64,000 bases of DNA from contig CM082596.2 of assembly GCA_040954595.2 (NCBI GenBank), forward strand, positions 7,456,468 through 7,520,467, written 5' to 3'. Shown here one piece after another: positions 63,898-64,000 of the stretch (position 1 is the stretch's first letter; each line of letters begins with the position of its first letter). The position numbers and the translations under genes are program-made. Under the pieces are notes generated by a model. It did no database searches and was not told the DNA's origin. It saw only the letters and a program-made list of their open reading frames with translations. This stretch comes from Balanoglossus misakiensis. Lineage: Eukaryota; Animalia; Hemichordata.

Positions 63898-64000
63898 CAT
63901 CAAATTTTCAAGACTATCTCTGCATCATATTCGGCCCATTATTGTACTCACCATCGTCAATCAAAGATTGTTAAAACGTTCTATTTATTTATATTGGCCT

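Overview
Intron-rich, AT-rich eukaryotic DNA from an invertebrate animal (species not determinable here); no prokaryotic features, RNA genes or CRISPR arrays seen. By reading GT-AG junctions and checking phase I reconstructed up to eight genes, all on the minus strand. (1) An 8-exon GORASP (GRASP55/65) gene, 2760-6951. (2) A hidden 3-exon gene for a small hydrophobic protein, 7414-8990. (3-6) A tandem array of four divergent paralogues of a family I do not recognise, 9692-24406. Each has a tiny Cys-containing lipidation exon, a conserved helical core (D..F..A..PFN) and, in three of four, a C-terminal acidic dileucine sorting motif; NF-kB and IRF-like motifs lie near some 5' ends. (7) A 2-exon MGC-start acidic protein gene, 26961-28805. 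(8) A 12-exon FLACC1/ALS2CR12-like coiled-coil gene, 33527-55953, with an 18-nt microexon and upstream RFX X-box/forkhead motifs. Introns and intergenic DNA hold many MITE-type elements, including an 8-copy TTAA-flanked family carrying an X-box plus CCAAT module. The four-gene lipidated array is the best candidate for an undescribed system. All gene models are manual and unconfirmed by transcripts or database searches.
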